From contig JAUZTB010000107.1 of NCBI GenBank assembly GCA_034780895.1, positions 22,932,357 to 22,989,854 of the forward strand: a stretch of 57,498 nt of DNA, in the 5' to 3' direction. Position 1 is the stretch's first letter. The number at the start of each line of letters is the position of its first letter. Made by a program: the position numbers and the translations under genes. Below the pieces are notes generated by a model, which saw nothing but the letters and a program-made list of their open reading frames with translations, ran no database searches and was not told the origin of the DNA. Shown here in pieces: positions 39,587 through 52,790 of this stretch. Origin of the DNA: Rhynchobatus australiae. Its lineage: Eukaryota.

Positions 39587-40493
39587 CACAGCCTTTAACT
39601 TCGACAATCATTCTGCTCCTAAAAATTTCCAAATGCTCTCATCAAGATGTGAATGCTAAGCAGATTCTATATCTTTGATGAAGTTAGTCAGTTTGAAGGG
39701 GTTGGGTTTATAAAATGCTAATTTAAGTCACTAAGTACAAATTCCTATTTTGCTTAAGTTTTTACATGTCTTCATCGTAAATTTAACTAGCAGTGAAACA
39801 AGCAATTCTATCTAGATTCTCTTAACATTAATACTTGAGCATCAATGATCAGAGCCTTTACCGGAGAGACATCTGATGGTGAAGGATTTACAAAGTGACA
39901 GTATAACATGAGTCTCGTCAACTACAAATAGTAATGTACACCTATTGGTCTCAGAATATAAGTGCAATCTTTCCCTGGTAAACTTTGTCATTAAGTGGAA
40001 TATTTTGAATTGTTTGGCTAATTTTGTTTTACTTTAAATACAATGGACAACTACTTGTAGTTGGTTAGGTTCTGATGATGGGATATAGTAGATAAGTAAA
40101 GAAGAATTATTTGTAGATGGGATAGGAAGATAAAATTACTTCCAAGACCATATTTTAAAAAGAAAAAAAAGAAAACAAAAAGTCAAATTAACTGACAAGA
40201 ATGGGAAGACTTCTGGCCCAGAACTAAATGTGCTGTTAAATGGTAATGCTTAACAGATTTTTAAAAAGCCGAGGATAATTAGAATGAAAACCAATTTTCA
40301 TTGATTTGAACATATAGGGAGGGAAGCAGGAAAATAATATGACAGATAAACTGTGCACACAAAATATTCCAATTTGTACAATTATGTTGAGTAGGAAATG
40401 AAATGCAACTTTGCAAAAATACACCCAAACACATACATTTGCATGCACACACAATTCCTAAAGAGACATTGCATACTTTTGAGAGAAATGTAC

Positions 40494-40741
40494 CTATCTG
40501 CATGACCCTGCCGAAGACAGATGTGTTATCAACTGTGCTGCAATTCCACCGCCGGTGTCTGAACTGATGTTGACATTCCTTGATGCCAGTTTTAGCACCC
40601 TCTCCAATATATTGCATGTGATCCCGGTACAACTGGCAAAGTTTCTTCTGGCCTTGAGAAAGCCCAGCCAGCTGGCTACACAAAGGCTGAGCTCCTATAA
40701 TGTACACCTCAGGTATTTGAATTGGATTCATGGCTAAAGAC
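40494..40741 (-). CDS. wnt5a: Wnt-5a coding exon 3 (248 nt)
   Basis: Acceptor ttcccccattccAG (40743-40742) and donor ATAG|gtacat (40493-40492). Translates (W)[82 protein letters not shown](G). Confidence 0.98.
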
Positions 40742-42178
40742 CTGGAATGGGGGAAAAAAAGTTTAGCAGAAGGTAGCATCTCTATTCACAGGCATTATAA
40801 CAATGGTAATCTGTAGAAAGACCTCAAAGTGTTCCATGTATTTGGCCAAATGTAAGATATATAGAATCTGTGGGGCATTTAAAGGAAGAACACAGTGTTG
40901 GCAATTCAAGACATCAATTTGTAATGTTACCTGCAGAGTTGAAGTCTTTCGTGAAAACTAAGTTGATTCTCTGATATTGTGAAATGCTTAATTAAATATT
41001 TCACTACTTGGAAATGATATGTTACTTATTAGAAATTATTGATTTGTTATTTTTATTCTGCAAATATCCCAGATTCCACCCATTCCTGGAATATTTGAAA
41101 GTAGAATACTTTGGTTTACATAGGTAAAATAATCAAAATTTTTCTGGCTCAGTGGAATTACTTAGAACACTTAATCAACTGAAATCTACTGTTCATATAA
41201 TTATATTTTAGTTTGCCATAAAGGTGCAATTACTTATGGCCAATACTGCATGAATGTTTATAAAAACATGACAATTTTATTGAAACAACCTTGTGGATCT
41301 CCACTTGCTCTCTGAAGATAATAAAAAGTCTTTTTGTCCCCCTTCCAACTAATCATTCCAATTCTCGTTTTGAGTTTTTAATATTGTCCCGTTTTGTGTA
41401 ACAGAAATAACCTAACGACGCCATTCAAATACATCCCCTCTGAACGATAATACAGCAAGACGCAATAAAGATATGTGAAGATAGCTGGCGTTGTACTTAT
41501 TCTGACAGGGATCGGAGAGGGGGAAGAAGTGATGAAGCTCGAAGGAATGATTACACCAGCACGGGCTGACTCAGATTTTACCAAACAAAACGAATTCGGT
41601 TCCCCAAAGTGGCAACTTGTTTTTTTAAAAAAAATACTAANNNNNNNNNNATTGAAAGATGCTTCCCCTTGTTGGAGAAGCTGGAGCAAAGGGTCACTTT
41701 TTAAAAAAAATACTAATGGAAAGATTCGTCTGTAGGAGGAAAGATCCTCTTTTGAACAATTCCTTTGAAGTCATTTGAAACATCATGCTCTGTATTAACA
41801 TTCCAATAATGGACGAGTCACCGAGCTGTGGACAGGTTTACTGGGGCAAGAGCGGTTCTACAGCAGACGGTGGGATTTCAAAATTTTCCAGCTCCGAAAG
41901 GAGCACTTTGGTGGACTTAGATTATGCGATTTAACCATTTAGAGAATCTAACGTGAAACGAGTATTGTTTACTGCTTCAGTTCCCATTGGAAGGAAAGCT
42001 ATAGGCTGATACTATAAATGACAAACTGGATAATATCTATAATAATGTGCACTGATAACATCGTTGCGTTCGATGGGCTTGCCCCGCAATCTAAACGCAC
42101 TAGACATAAGTCTGCACCCATGACGTTGAAAATTAACTCATATTAGTTAGATTTCTTTTTAACCAAAAGTGGACTCAC

Positions 42179-42309
42179 CACCACGAGCTTGCTTCTACTA
42201 GGACCTCTTTGCAGCCCGATAAGAGAGTGACAGTAACCAGCAGGTACCTCCAGGCCATGGCACTTTTCAAAGCTGAGTAAACCGCTCCTTGCACTGCCTC
42301 CGCTCCACT
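42179..42309 (-). CDS. wnt5a: Wnt-5a coding exon 2 (131 nt), containing the signal peptide
   Basis: Not in the ORF track in this frame; read manually. Acceptor tttatgttgtgcAG (42311-42310), then SGAEAVQGAVYSALKSA-MAWRYLLVTVTLLSGCKEVLVEASSW(W), donor TG|gtgagt (42178-42177). The internal ATG at 42258-42256 sits in a GCCATGG Kozak context and is followed by a hydrophobic stretch and the Wnt5-type EASSWW motif. Confidence 0.93.
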
Positions 42310-45300
42310 CTGCACAACATAAATCACAACTCATGCACATCAAGGAAACCAGGGAGGATAGACAAACGTTCATCAGAATTTTGACTAGCTATACAATAAC
42401 GCTAATAAGAACCGTTAGGTGAAAAGGTGGCTCCTTATGTTCAAGGACCATCTTTAATCTCCTATTGGCTGACCNNNNNNNNNNATAATTTACCAGATGT
42501 GTTTGAATCACTGTAATTGGCGGACAATTACAGTCCAGGCAAGATGGTCTTAAAAAAGACCATTTGTCATAAGGTTGCCGTTACGCCTCAGTGAAACAAA
42601 GGCTAATGTATGACGTGATTACCTACTTGGAATAGCATTAGCAGCAACATTACCATAGCGTGATTCTAAATAAAATCCTAGCTGGACCTGTTAAATTCGG
42701 TAACTCTGGAATGTGGAAGTCATTTTCAAAAAAATAATGAATATTTCACGCATTTAAAAATCCCCTCGCATGTTTGCGGACTGTATCCAATGATCGTGCA
42801 CCTATCTATTTATTTTTGATAGTTTTGAATTATAGCCAAAATAATGAAATCAAAAGGGAGAACTCCCCTAATTATTCTCCTAGGAGGTGATAATTTAACA
42901 GTAAATACTCGCCAAGAGGTAGGAACTCCTACTATGAGGTTTGCGTACAAAATACAAGAATTGGTTTTCCGAAGGAATTTGACATGTTGAGGCGGGATTC
43001 TTCAGAACACCAGAATCATTCTAATCTTAATAATAACGATACATAATAAGTAATCAACGCGCAACTAGTTTCACTCATATGCCCGCTGGTCGTTAATTTA
43101 AACGTTAGTCGTGACATTGATCGTCATGCGAATAGATCCAAGTTCATGCGAGTTCGTACTGAAGAAAGACGGAACTCGGGTACAAGAAGTATGATCGCCC
43201 GCGATACCAAAGTAGGTGTTAGACTTTATAACAAAAGAACAAATAGCTATGGGAATTAGATTAAATGGCTGTTTGTTGACATGCTAAGTATTTATTTTCC
43301 CTGGGTAAGAATATACTTCTATTTAAAAATTCATAGATATAAACTCAGGTAATCCCTTTAAGGATACTTTTTGAGAAGCAAAATACTGTAAAACTTTAAC
43401 TCCATTTACTTACTTGGTTTTGCCTCAACTGACTGAACGATATTTTCCCCGGGAAACACAACTACTCAGAAAACTTTAAACGTTTTCCTGGATGATCTTA
43501 ATCCTGGATGATCTTAAAACAAATAAAAACCAAAGGCTGCCCACCATCATNNNNNNNNNNNNNNNNNNNNNNNNNNNNNNNNNNNNNNNNNNNNNNNNNN
43601 NNNNNNNNNNNNNNNNNNNNNNNNNNNNNNNNNNNNNNNNNNNNNNNNNNCACCATCATTTTAGATACGATGTCAAAAAAAACTGAACTGCAGCAAGCTA
43701 TTTCACTTCAAACTGTAGCAACAGAAATCTAAAAACATCATAGTAATAAGAAACATAGCAAGTTAGTTTACTGATTTTCTTTCACAAGTCACATCCAAAG
43801 GAAGTCCTCACGAAATGCATGTCAGTGAGAGCACGGCAAACTAAGGGACATTCTAGGGAACAAATTACTGTGCAGTGGGACAGTCCTGCAGCCATTCAAT
43901 ATGTTTACCTACTCACTTCCAAGTGTTAGTCTTGTGTAAATATGTTGGGGTTCTGTATTGGGGTAAGAATTATATTTTCTGAAATACCACTTGCCGAGCT
44001 TCACAAAGGATAACTTAAATTAACAAGCCCACGATTCACCAGGTGAATATAATGGAAATGTCCACTACAGTTAAACTAAGCCGACAAATTCCAAAGCAGA
44101 TACCGGGTCCAAAACACAAACGCCATTTGGAGCGCAATTCTCTAAACGATCTTTTGTGTTTGGCAAAGTTAGAACAAATTAATTTGATTGACAAAGTACT
44201 CACCCAAAATATATTTAGTTTGTTCGAACTTGAAGGGACCTGTGTTTTGGATTCTTAATTAGTTTATTCCCTGCACTTTGTCGACCCCGACTTAACTGTC
44301 AAAGTATGAAATTTCTAAAGTATTTATTTTCTACAAAGCCATATAAATATTTCCGTCACCAATGTTTAATCAAATCCTACCACTGAAACATCTGTTCTCT
44401 ATGTTACCATGCTGCAGTGTATCTGACTTTTTTTAAAATCCTAAATAGAACTGCACCGCGCCCATAAATTAAAGATCCTTTCAATTTCCAGCCTAGCTGT
44501 GTCCCTGTTTCCAATTTCAGACTGCAGTTCTACAGCAGTTGCGCAACTCCTTTTGCTGGTTTCCATTTGTGAAGCATGATATCAAATTATTCGAGAGAAG
44601 TTTTCATCACAATTTACATATTGTAATTATTTCCGTTCGGTCCTTTGATATTGACATCCTATTCTATTTTTGCCAGACGATAGAGACACGACATCTAGTT
44701 TTTTGTTTCTCTCATTTTAGGGCTGTGCAAAATCAATTAATGGCTGCAGGCACATTAAAATCTAATCCAACGGACTTGTTTGAAAACTTGGGTGACATTT
44801 AAAATGTTTAGATTTCAACGAAAACAATTCCCCTAAAGAATCAAAAGTGCAAAATCACCACTGAAGTGCGATCCACATGCAATGTAAAACATTTAAATTG
44901 ATTGCCAGAATTGGGCATATGGATATGATTGAATAGCTCTACAAGTTGTGCTTCTTGGCGTGAAAATGTCTAAGAGCTTACTGCCAACGGGCCAATGATG
45001 CTGAACACTCATGGAAGCAGTGTAATTGCATCAAAAAGGAGTCCATAAACTTAAAAGACTTATGTTTAGTTTCTATTAAACAAAAAGACCTCACTTTTTC
45101 AAAGTATAGGCTTCCATTATCCATTTTATTATGACATATAATGGATATATATAAGTTATGTTAGATTTTTATAAGGTATGTAGTTGAACTCATCTCCAGC
45201 ATTTAAACATTTGTCAGGTTATAAATAGGCAACGGAGTTCGCAATTTTTCATTAATCTAAATTGCAATTTTCAATAGAGTAATCTTCATTTTACAAAGGG

Positions 45301-45671
45301 CTACCTAATATATTGCTATATTGATAAATTATTATTATATTGTTAAATGTATCTCCACATGGTAGAACGTGGAATTTTAACGTAACATTGATTCCCGCAT
45401 CTCCTACATAATTGAAACACCCATCCAATAATCGGCTTTCTGTCAGGCTAAGATGAAAACTGCATGGAAGAAACATCTGTTTTGTTTGTAAACGGGAACG
45501 CATCATGGATTGAAGATAATGACATTACTTTCCGTTCAGTTTTGAAAACAAGGTGTCTGGAGGTGAGCTATACTCAACAGGTACCCTCATTAAATATTGT
45601 TAGTTGTTAATCAGTGCAGAATGTTACTTACTTATGATGTTAAGAAACTTTATTACCGCCCCCTACTCCCC

Positions 45672-45676
<5 letters not shown>

Positions 45677-45743
<67 letters not shown>
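45677..45743. repeat. Compound microsatellite (TC)17(AC)16
   Basis: Read directly from the sequence. Confidence 0.97.
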
Positions 45744-45748
<5 letters not shown>

Positions 45749-48700
45749 TTATAACCAAAGTTTGCTCTTACTTATTTTCGAGTAATTATAATTTAGTTCA
45801 AAGAGGTATCCGGTGTATTGCAAACGATTAGCCTGTTCTAAATATGTCTAATCTTCCAGGATCTGAAAAGGTCAGATTCTCCACCAAGATAGACCTGAAG
45901 ACAATTGGAACCCAAGACTTTAATCACTTTTCAGAAACGTCTACAACAGCTCAAACTCTGGTCGCTTGCCTGTAAGGGGAGGGTGTTCATGTCATCCTCA
46001 GTACACAAATATATTACAAGTGAATGTCGAAACATTGAAAGTCTATCACCGCACTATTTTTTTACCTTCGTAGCTTTCACGTATTGCCCATAATCACTAC
46101 GGCGAATATACAGGTGGTAGAAAAATGTAATACTTGAAGACGTCATTTATCAATTACTTCAAACGGTTAAATATGAAATGATGCATGTTAAACTGGTTTT
46201 AAAATAAAACACTGGGCCAAGCATTTAAAAGTATATTAAGTGTGAATCTCCCAATTGAATTTTCAGAGCAAATGTCATATAAGATGTTTGAACCAAATGG
46301 CACGTTCCTGGATATTTAAAAGTGATTAGAAAGCAAGATGTAAAACATTTAGTTTGTCAGTACGAAATATAGGTAGATCCGGAAAGTTAAACAGTTAATC
46401 TTAAGCAGATCTTTCTTATGAGGTATAAACTATGTGCATCAATATGTCCACATGCCATAATCTACCGATCTCTCCTTCCAAGTTGGCTGCACTAGAAATT
46501 CAAATGCCATCTGTGTTCCATTATTATAGAGATAATTAAAGCTCTCGAAATAAATTCCGAAATCGAGTGTTATGATAGCACCAAAACAATTGATATCAGT
46601 GAGGGGTCGAGGGGTCAGTCACAGACGAGGGGTCAGTGAAAATATAATTCTGAATAAAACACGAAAGTAGTGAGAATAAATCAATGTGATCTCACACAAT
46701 CGGACTGTTGCTTACAACGGAATTTAGTACATATTGCATTCAGCGATGTTTAAATGCGCTTAAAACAAAAGCATATAGTATACGTCTTGGACCAGTTTAA
46801 TCAGGTTAAACATTAAAGTTGGTCCATTGCTGGTCTGAGATAGCGTTTCTTTTTTACGGGGTCTATGGTAGAATGAGAGGATATCACCCAGCAGCAGAAT
46901 AATTTGAAGTGATTTTTAATAAGCAAACCTAGGCAAACGGACCTCGTGGTAAAAAAAAACAAAAATATAAACATAAAGTAGATAAGCATGAATTGAAATA
47001 TTTGACGATGCCAGTATACAGCTGACGGTAACGGTAACATCCAATTTCATCATGCCCTTAGTCTTTTTAGTGAGGGTATGGTTCACGTTAATTCCAGTCT
47101 TCAGACCGATAGATAAAATAACATGTCTTGTAGGCTCTGTTTTGCTTTTCATGTTTTATCACTGAAATATTCAGACTGCAATCTGATACACTAACAGATG
47201 ATAGGATTGTGTGGAGTCAACCGTCCTTCTACGGCTGTTTGATGATAATCAATGGGAGATAAGCGCACTACCGCTAGTAGTCATAATATTTGTTTACATA
47301 AAATGTACTAAGTGCACTTAGCACATGTTAGGGTCGCATCAAAAAGTTATGTAAATATCTTCCCGAGCAGAAATACTGAGACAGGAAAGAGTGTGAATCA
47401 TAGAGGCAGGGTGGAAATTGTAGAAAACAGACAATACTGTAAAATATGCTGACAAAACCCTTGATTTCCGAATTACTGCCAGTGATAGGGAGAGATAAAA
47501 CTAATGATCGATTGCAAGACAGCGAACGGAAAAAAATATTCACACCTATGGGAGTCTCACTGCTATCACGTTCCCTTGGGAAATTGGAACTATTCGCTTT
47601 TTAAAGGGAACGGGCCCTGATGAGCCACCGTTTTTGTTCCAGTAGAGAATCCAATTCCTCAGATCTTTCTGCTATCATTTTACATTCCTCGAATGCAAAT
47701 GATAAACATAGACTCTTAACTGTGCCAGTCTTAAAATGCTCTTTAGAAGCGGAGAAATGACGAAAGGGAAGAGCAGAATGGACCAGACATCCCTTTCAAG
47801 CTAGTCCCTGTCCTGTGGCCAAACACGAAGCTGCTGAGCAACTTCACCTCATATCCGTATCCCAACATTAATCACCAAGGTGTCACAGCCTGTTCATTTA
47901 TCACTAAGCTTGTCTCTAGGTAAACTTACTTATCTGAAAATGCCGATGTCCAAAGCCAAATTGAAAAACATCAACACCATCGTCTATGTGCACAAGGTTC
48001 CGAGTAAGCAAAGGCGCTCAGCTAGAAATGTATACAAGGTAACCACAGTTCAATGTGTTCAGCCAGTGACTAACTTCGTGCTGCACTGCATACAACAGCG
48101 GAAGATGGGTGGAGGAGATCTTTGTACATATAAACTTATTCAGAATATCGTTAAACAATGTCCATCGAAATAAAAGATGAGAATTCAGCTTTAGTTTTTA
48201 GGGGATTCACATCACATCCAATGGGATTTTATTTGGCAATTTGTTTCATTTTTTTGCAGTTTTTAAAATAAATTATTATTTTTATAGCGCAGGGAAGTAG
48301 CAACTAGTGGAGATGTGAAAGTACAACACCGCACAATCGCGCAGCATTTGTATTCGACCGTAAGCACCCCATCTGTTTAATATAATAAACGCATGCAGAT
48401 ATTTAGTTTCAAAGTTTGGAATACAATTTCTCCCCTCCCGCCAAACTTCCAGTCGAAGTGGCAAAGGCCGCACTTTCAAGCCCTGACTGGGGGCTGAGGT
48501 TCCAAAGGTCCCGTGTTCAACACTTGGGGGCTCCCTTTCCCCTATAATGGTTGATATGAAAGAGCGCGATGTAAGAGCCAAAACTCCTCCGAAAACAAAT
48601 CATCTCAAAGCCAATAACTGAGGCTATCAAGGACACTGCTCATTCCGGTTGTGTGATTCCAGAATTGTTTCCGCACTTTCCCACATCGGCACCCACTGTC

Positions 48701-49771
48701 TAGCAGTTTTCGGCAAAATGGCGAATTAATCGTACTTCTACAATTTAACTACATCACATTCAGTATTTTAATACTGCGGAGTGGATTCTATTGCTCCTAA
48801 TTCTTGTATCGATCAATTAAAACTAAAATACGATTTTACAACCAACTGCACCCTGGTGTAACAACTACACTACATATTTTCTTGAATCATTTTTCTTAAA
48901 AGAATTTAGCTTCTACAGATTGAACAATGATCCAGTTGATCCGTGTCTTAGAAAGACACCCCCCCCCCTCTTTTTTCAAGTGATATTTGGGCCAACTTAT
49001 TTTTTTGCAAACAAAAATCCGGAAGCCTTTATCGCAAAGTCAATGATAAGACTCAGTCAAAACAATTTCAAAAATTGTTAAAGTACCCAAAGTGTACCGC
49101 CGCCCCTTTTACAGAAATCAAGTTCCAAGACGATTTTTTAATTAAAACTCATACACAGCTATTGTCCTTTGGATGTAAATANNNNNNNNNNNNNNNNNNN
49201 NNNNNNNNNNNNNNNNNNNNNNNNNNNNNNNNNNNNNNNNNNNNNNNNNNNNCAAATGTTCCACTTGTACCGAAAGAAAATGCTGGTTATTTTTGACGGT
49301 TCTCTAGCGATCTGGCTGGAGGGAATAAAAGACCAGATAGCCGCCACTGCTCTCCCAAATCCCAAAAGAGCGAATCATGTCCAAGCCTCTTCCAACTGCA
49401 GAGAATCTGTCACCTCTAATAGTAAACTGCACAGCGCCATACACTCTCTCCCCTCGACTTATTTCTCTCTCCCACACCCACGCTACTCTCCCCTTCTCTG
49501 TGAGGAATTCAGAATCACCAGCCAATTATGGCACTTAATTCTTACGAACATTTTACTTTTGCCTGTAGCAGGCAGCCTATTGCCTTCACTGACGTCCATC
49601 CACCTCCCTTAATAGTGACAAACGCTTATCATTCCAGGTTCCCTGTTACTACTGTTAACAAGTGTCCTTTTTCCTACCGAACACTCGCAGACCCCCACCC
49701 CCACCCCACCCCCCTCCCAGCCCCAACTCACAACAAGACTAAGCAACTGACTGCTTCTACTGGGTGCTTAC

Positions 49772-49780
49772 TGCCTCCAT
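49772..49780 (-). CDS. wnt5a: Candidate Wnt-5a first coding segment, ATG GAG GCA (M-E-A)
   Basis: ctttaATGGAGGCA|gtaagc gives a phase-0 donor at 49771-49770. Joined to exon 2 it yields 140 coding nt and 20 residues before the internal Met, as I recall for human WNT5A, and a 379-aa protein. Not verifiable without cDNA. Confidence 0.6.
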
Positions 49781-49928
49781 TAAAGACCGGCCCCTTAACT
49801 TTGGCTGTGTAAAATTCTTAGCACAATTACACTCCCTTAAAGGTAAGTCCGTAACTTCAGCAATTCAGGAGCATCGCAACGGTTGGAATAATATAGGTTT
49901 TTTTTAAACTCTTAAATTCGCCTCACCT
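49781..49928 (-). other. wnt5a: Candidate 5'UTR portion of the ATG-containing exon
   Basis: Good acceptor tttttctttcatacgtaatgctttatttacAG at 49930-49929 upstream of the ATG. Contains a short out-of-frame uORF, ATG CTC CTG AAT TGC TGA (49874-49857). Confidence 0.35.
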
Positions 49929-52451
49929 CTGTAAATAAAGCATTACGTATGAAAGAAAAATTGCTTCATTAATTGGTTTCAATCACTAATATTAAATTCA
50001 TGATCTTCCGGATGTTTAAATAGATAAACAGTTCTAAAACCGGAAAGTCTGGATTGTTCTGGAATTAACTGTTGCTCTTTTTATAGTGTGAATTTTCCAT
50101 TCGCCCAAACTCTAGTTCAATCAGTTGGCCCCGTAGTATGCGTTTAAACACAGTAGGGATGGTTTTCTGATAAATATGTAATTTAAGCCACTGAACGTCT
50201 GCAAACTAAGAAAGTGTTACATTTGAAACTTGGCACTTCTTCTAAATTGGTTTGGTTTCGGCTCAGCCGTCTGAATATAATTTCGGCAGCAGAACCTATT
50301 TTCTCAAATGCACCGGTTTAACTTTTATTTCTTACTCTTGAAGTCCGATGGCGCTCGAAAATCCGGGTCTTGCGTCTATTAACTTCGCCGAACTTTTTTT
50401 TTGGGGGGGGGTGGTGAACGTAACATCTGAAGAGATTGGTTTTACTTGTCATCCTTTGGCAAGCCCAGAACCACATCTTTCAGAAGTCCTTCCTGCCCGG
50501 GTCAGCCAGCAGTGGTTGGGGTTAACAAGCCTTCAGCTCACTGGTCATCTGAGACCACTACACAGCACTATTTTCTTCGGCACTTAATTAAAATCGTGAA
50601 TTTAACAGGTTGTAAATCAAATCATATTCGTTCTAGTCACGCATTACTGCTTTCTTTTCGATAGGAGTTTGCACGTTCAATTATTACATTGAAGAAGCTC
50701 AACATACTTCCTGTAGTTACAATTCTCTACATTCTCGAAGCATCAACTCCCCCCTCCCCGCAACTGACAGAGATTTAAGTATGATTTTTCGTGCATTGTT
50801 GTACCTACTTTGATTTCAACCTGAAGTAAAATGGGTCATTAAAAGTTTTGTTTGCAGTATATCGGGTTGTTAGTGGACAATACCTTGGCGTTAGAGCGTT
50901 AACAATAATTCTGATGAAATAGTACTTAAGCTGATTTTGACTTTTCGGCTTGAGTTATGTGTGTTTAAAATGATTAACGAGGGGGTTTCAGTTAAACAAA
51001 CGGACGAGGGACAACTCCACTAGATGGGGCTACACACCGCTTTGGAACTTATGGTTATTACCACACGGTTTAAAATTATACTTCTAACGTTTAATATATT
51101 CATGATTAGGCGTTCTCTCTATGTGTTTCGCATTATGAACAAATACTGTACATCCGATTAAAGAATGTAACATTTCATGGCCGCAAGCACAGCAATACCT
51201 GCCCTACCTTTTGGCACAAAGTGCATGTTTATCCACGTCGGAACTAGTTCTAATACGTAAGAATTTTACTACTATTGCATCCTACCGTGCATAGGTTCGC
51301 TTATATTGGAAAAAGTTAAAAAAGAACCCCTGTGCTACTTGAAATTGCGTTAGTCAACGTTTCAATGGGTTATCAGATGGTGCGTTAGTTGCAGTCCGCT
51401 TGTTAGAAAAGCCATTTTGTGCAAGTAAAATGTTCTGCAGTTTTTGTCTGTGCAAGTTCCCCGAACTGAAACAGCCAGCAAACAGATGCACACCCTTCCT
51501 TGTAGAGTCTAACGTTAGTTTACTACCATGTCCGAGTTTGGAAATGGTCACTCTCCGCGCAGTTACCACACGCTTCTACAATAGTTTGCGCAGAGAATTG
51601 TTGTCGAGTGCCTTGCTAATGGAGCAGTAACAAAACGTACATCTCTACCTAAAACAGAGCCACGAGCGATGTTGTAGTCTCATTGCAGACCTACCCCCAT
51701 ATTTCTCTGGTAAAGCGGTCACCAAGTAATCCAAGATTACAGTATCAAGCAGGTAATTCCTCTGCGATGATCTTGTGCTTAAAGTCTTGATCCCTACCAT
51801 CAAAGCATGAAACGGGTTAAGCACGAGATGTCCTTGCAGTAAGGGGCTCCTAGGGTCAACGCGGTGAAAATCGAACTATTTAAACCCAGATCAATGAATT
51901 AATCGTCTCAACCGCATTCCCCCTTCTCACTGATCCAAGCGGAGAATAACACGGCTATTTCTCTTCCAAGGAATGAAGGCTATTTACAACAATGTCCATC
52001 TGCAATAGAAATAATTAGTGCTCCTAACAAACTGTGGGCGTGATGTGCGGAAACACTTTGGAAGAAATAAAATATTCAGGAACAAAATGCCTTTGGCCAG
52101 ATCGTCAGCAATAAACTTCCAGAGCGAAGCTCCCCATCCCCTCCCCCGCTCACACACTTCTGATCTCCGCTGGCACAGGTTTCAAACAGGCAAGCTTCAG
52201 GAAGATTTCCTTTCTCAAGTCCAAATAAAGTTTCTGCTGGAACTTTGGTTGGGATTTTGCAGTCCTCTTTTCCACAGTCTTCTGAACGTTTATTAAACCA
52301 AACTCGCTGGTAGCAATGCGTCTTGCAAACATGGTTCTAAAGTTCTTGCTGACATTCTGAGGCTGTGGTCAGAAGCTTGTGTTTAAGAGCTTGGAGATTT
52401 CCCCCTGATTGCAGCCGCTAAGTATTTCCTGAGCTCCACTCTGCGGCTCAC

Positions 52452-52790
52452 CCTTCAGCTCTGCACCAACAACCCCAAGCCCTTCACATACAATCCACTG
52501 CCGTCCGCAGCCACAGCCTGGAAACACGGCTCAAGCGAAGCTGTGCGAGTCGGCGAGGACCATGATCCACAACCGCCTTCCTCCTCGTCGCTTCGGTCCC
52601 TCGATCTCACCTGTCCGCTCTGATTCTCACTCTGGCTCTTCTCCTCGACTCGAAGCTTTGACTCCTCCCGCGGGCAACCGACTCTGCCGCTCGCGCATGC
52701 GCCGCTCGCACTGCGACCCAACTTTCAGCAGACTTGGATCTAAAGCTGGGTGTTCTGTTCCCCACCCCCCCCCCACCCCCATTCCACCAT
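52452..52790 (-). promoter_or_regulatory. CpG/GC-rich candidate promoter and non-coding first exon of wnt5a
   Basis: One of the most CpG-dense stretches upstream of the gene. NRF1-type palindrome GCGCATGCGC at 52693-52702, CACCC/C-runs at about 52759-52780, and a strong minus-strand donor AGG|gtgagc at 52451-52450. Confidence 0.5.

Noticed and set aside
43408-47929. Several strong-looking minus-strand donors (GTAAGT/GTGAGT near 43413, 43916, 44203, 45631, 47929)
   Set aside because: I found no nearby in-frame ATG or convincing acceptor or promoter for them; they cannot be told from chance matches without transcripts.
49546-49551. Alternative mini first coding segment ATG TTC|gtaaga (phase 0)
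   Set aside because: Also in frame with exon 2, but it has a weak exonic donor context and gives 137 rather than 140 coding nt. Ranked below the M-E-A candidate, not strictly excluded.
52455-52721. 88-aa ORF in the CpG-rich region
   Set aside because: Non-ATG start, low-complexity product of GC-rich DNA, and it stops before the splice donor.
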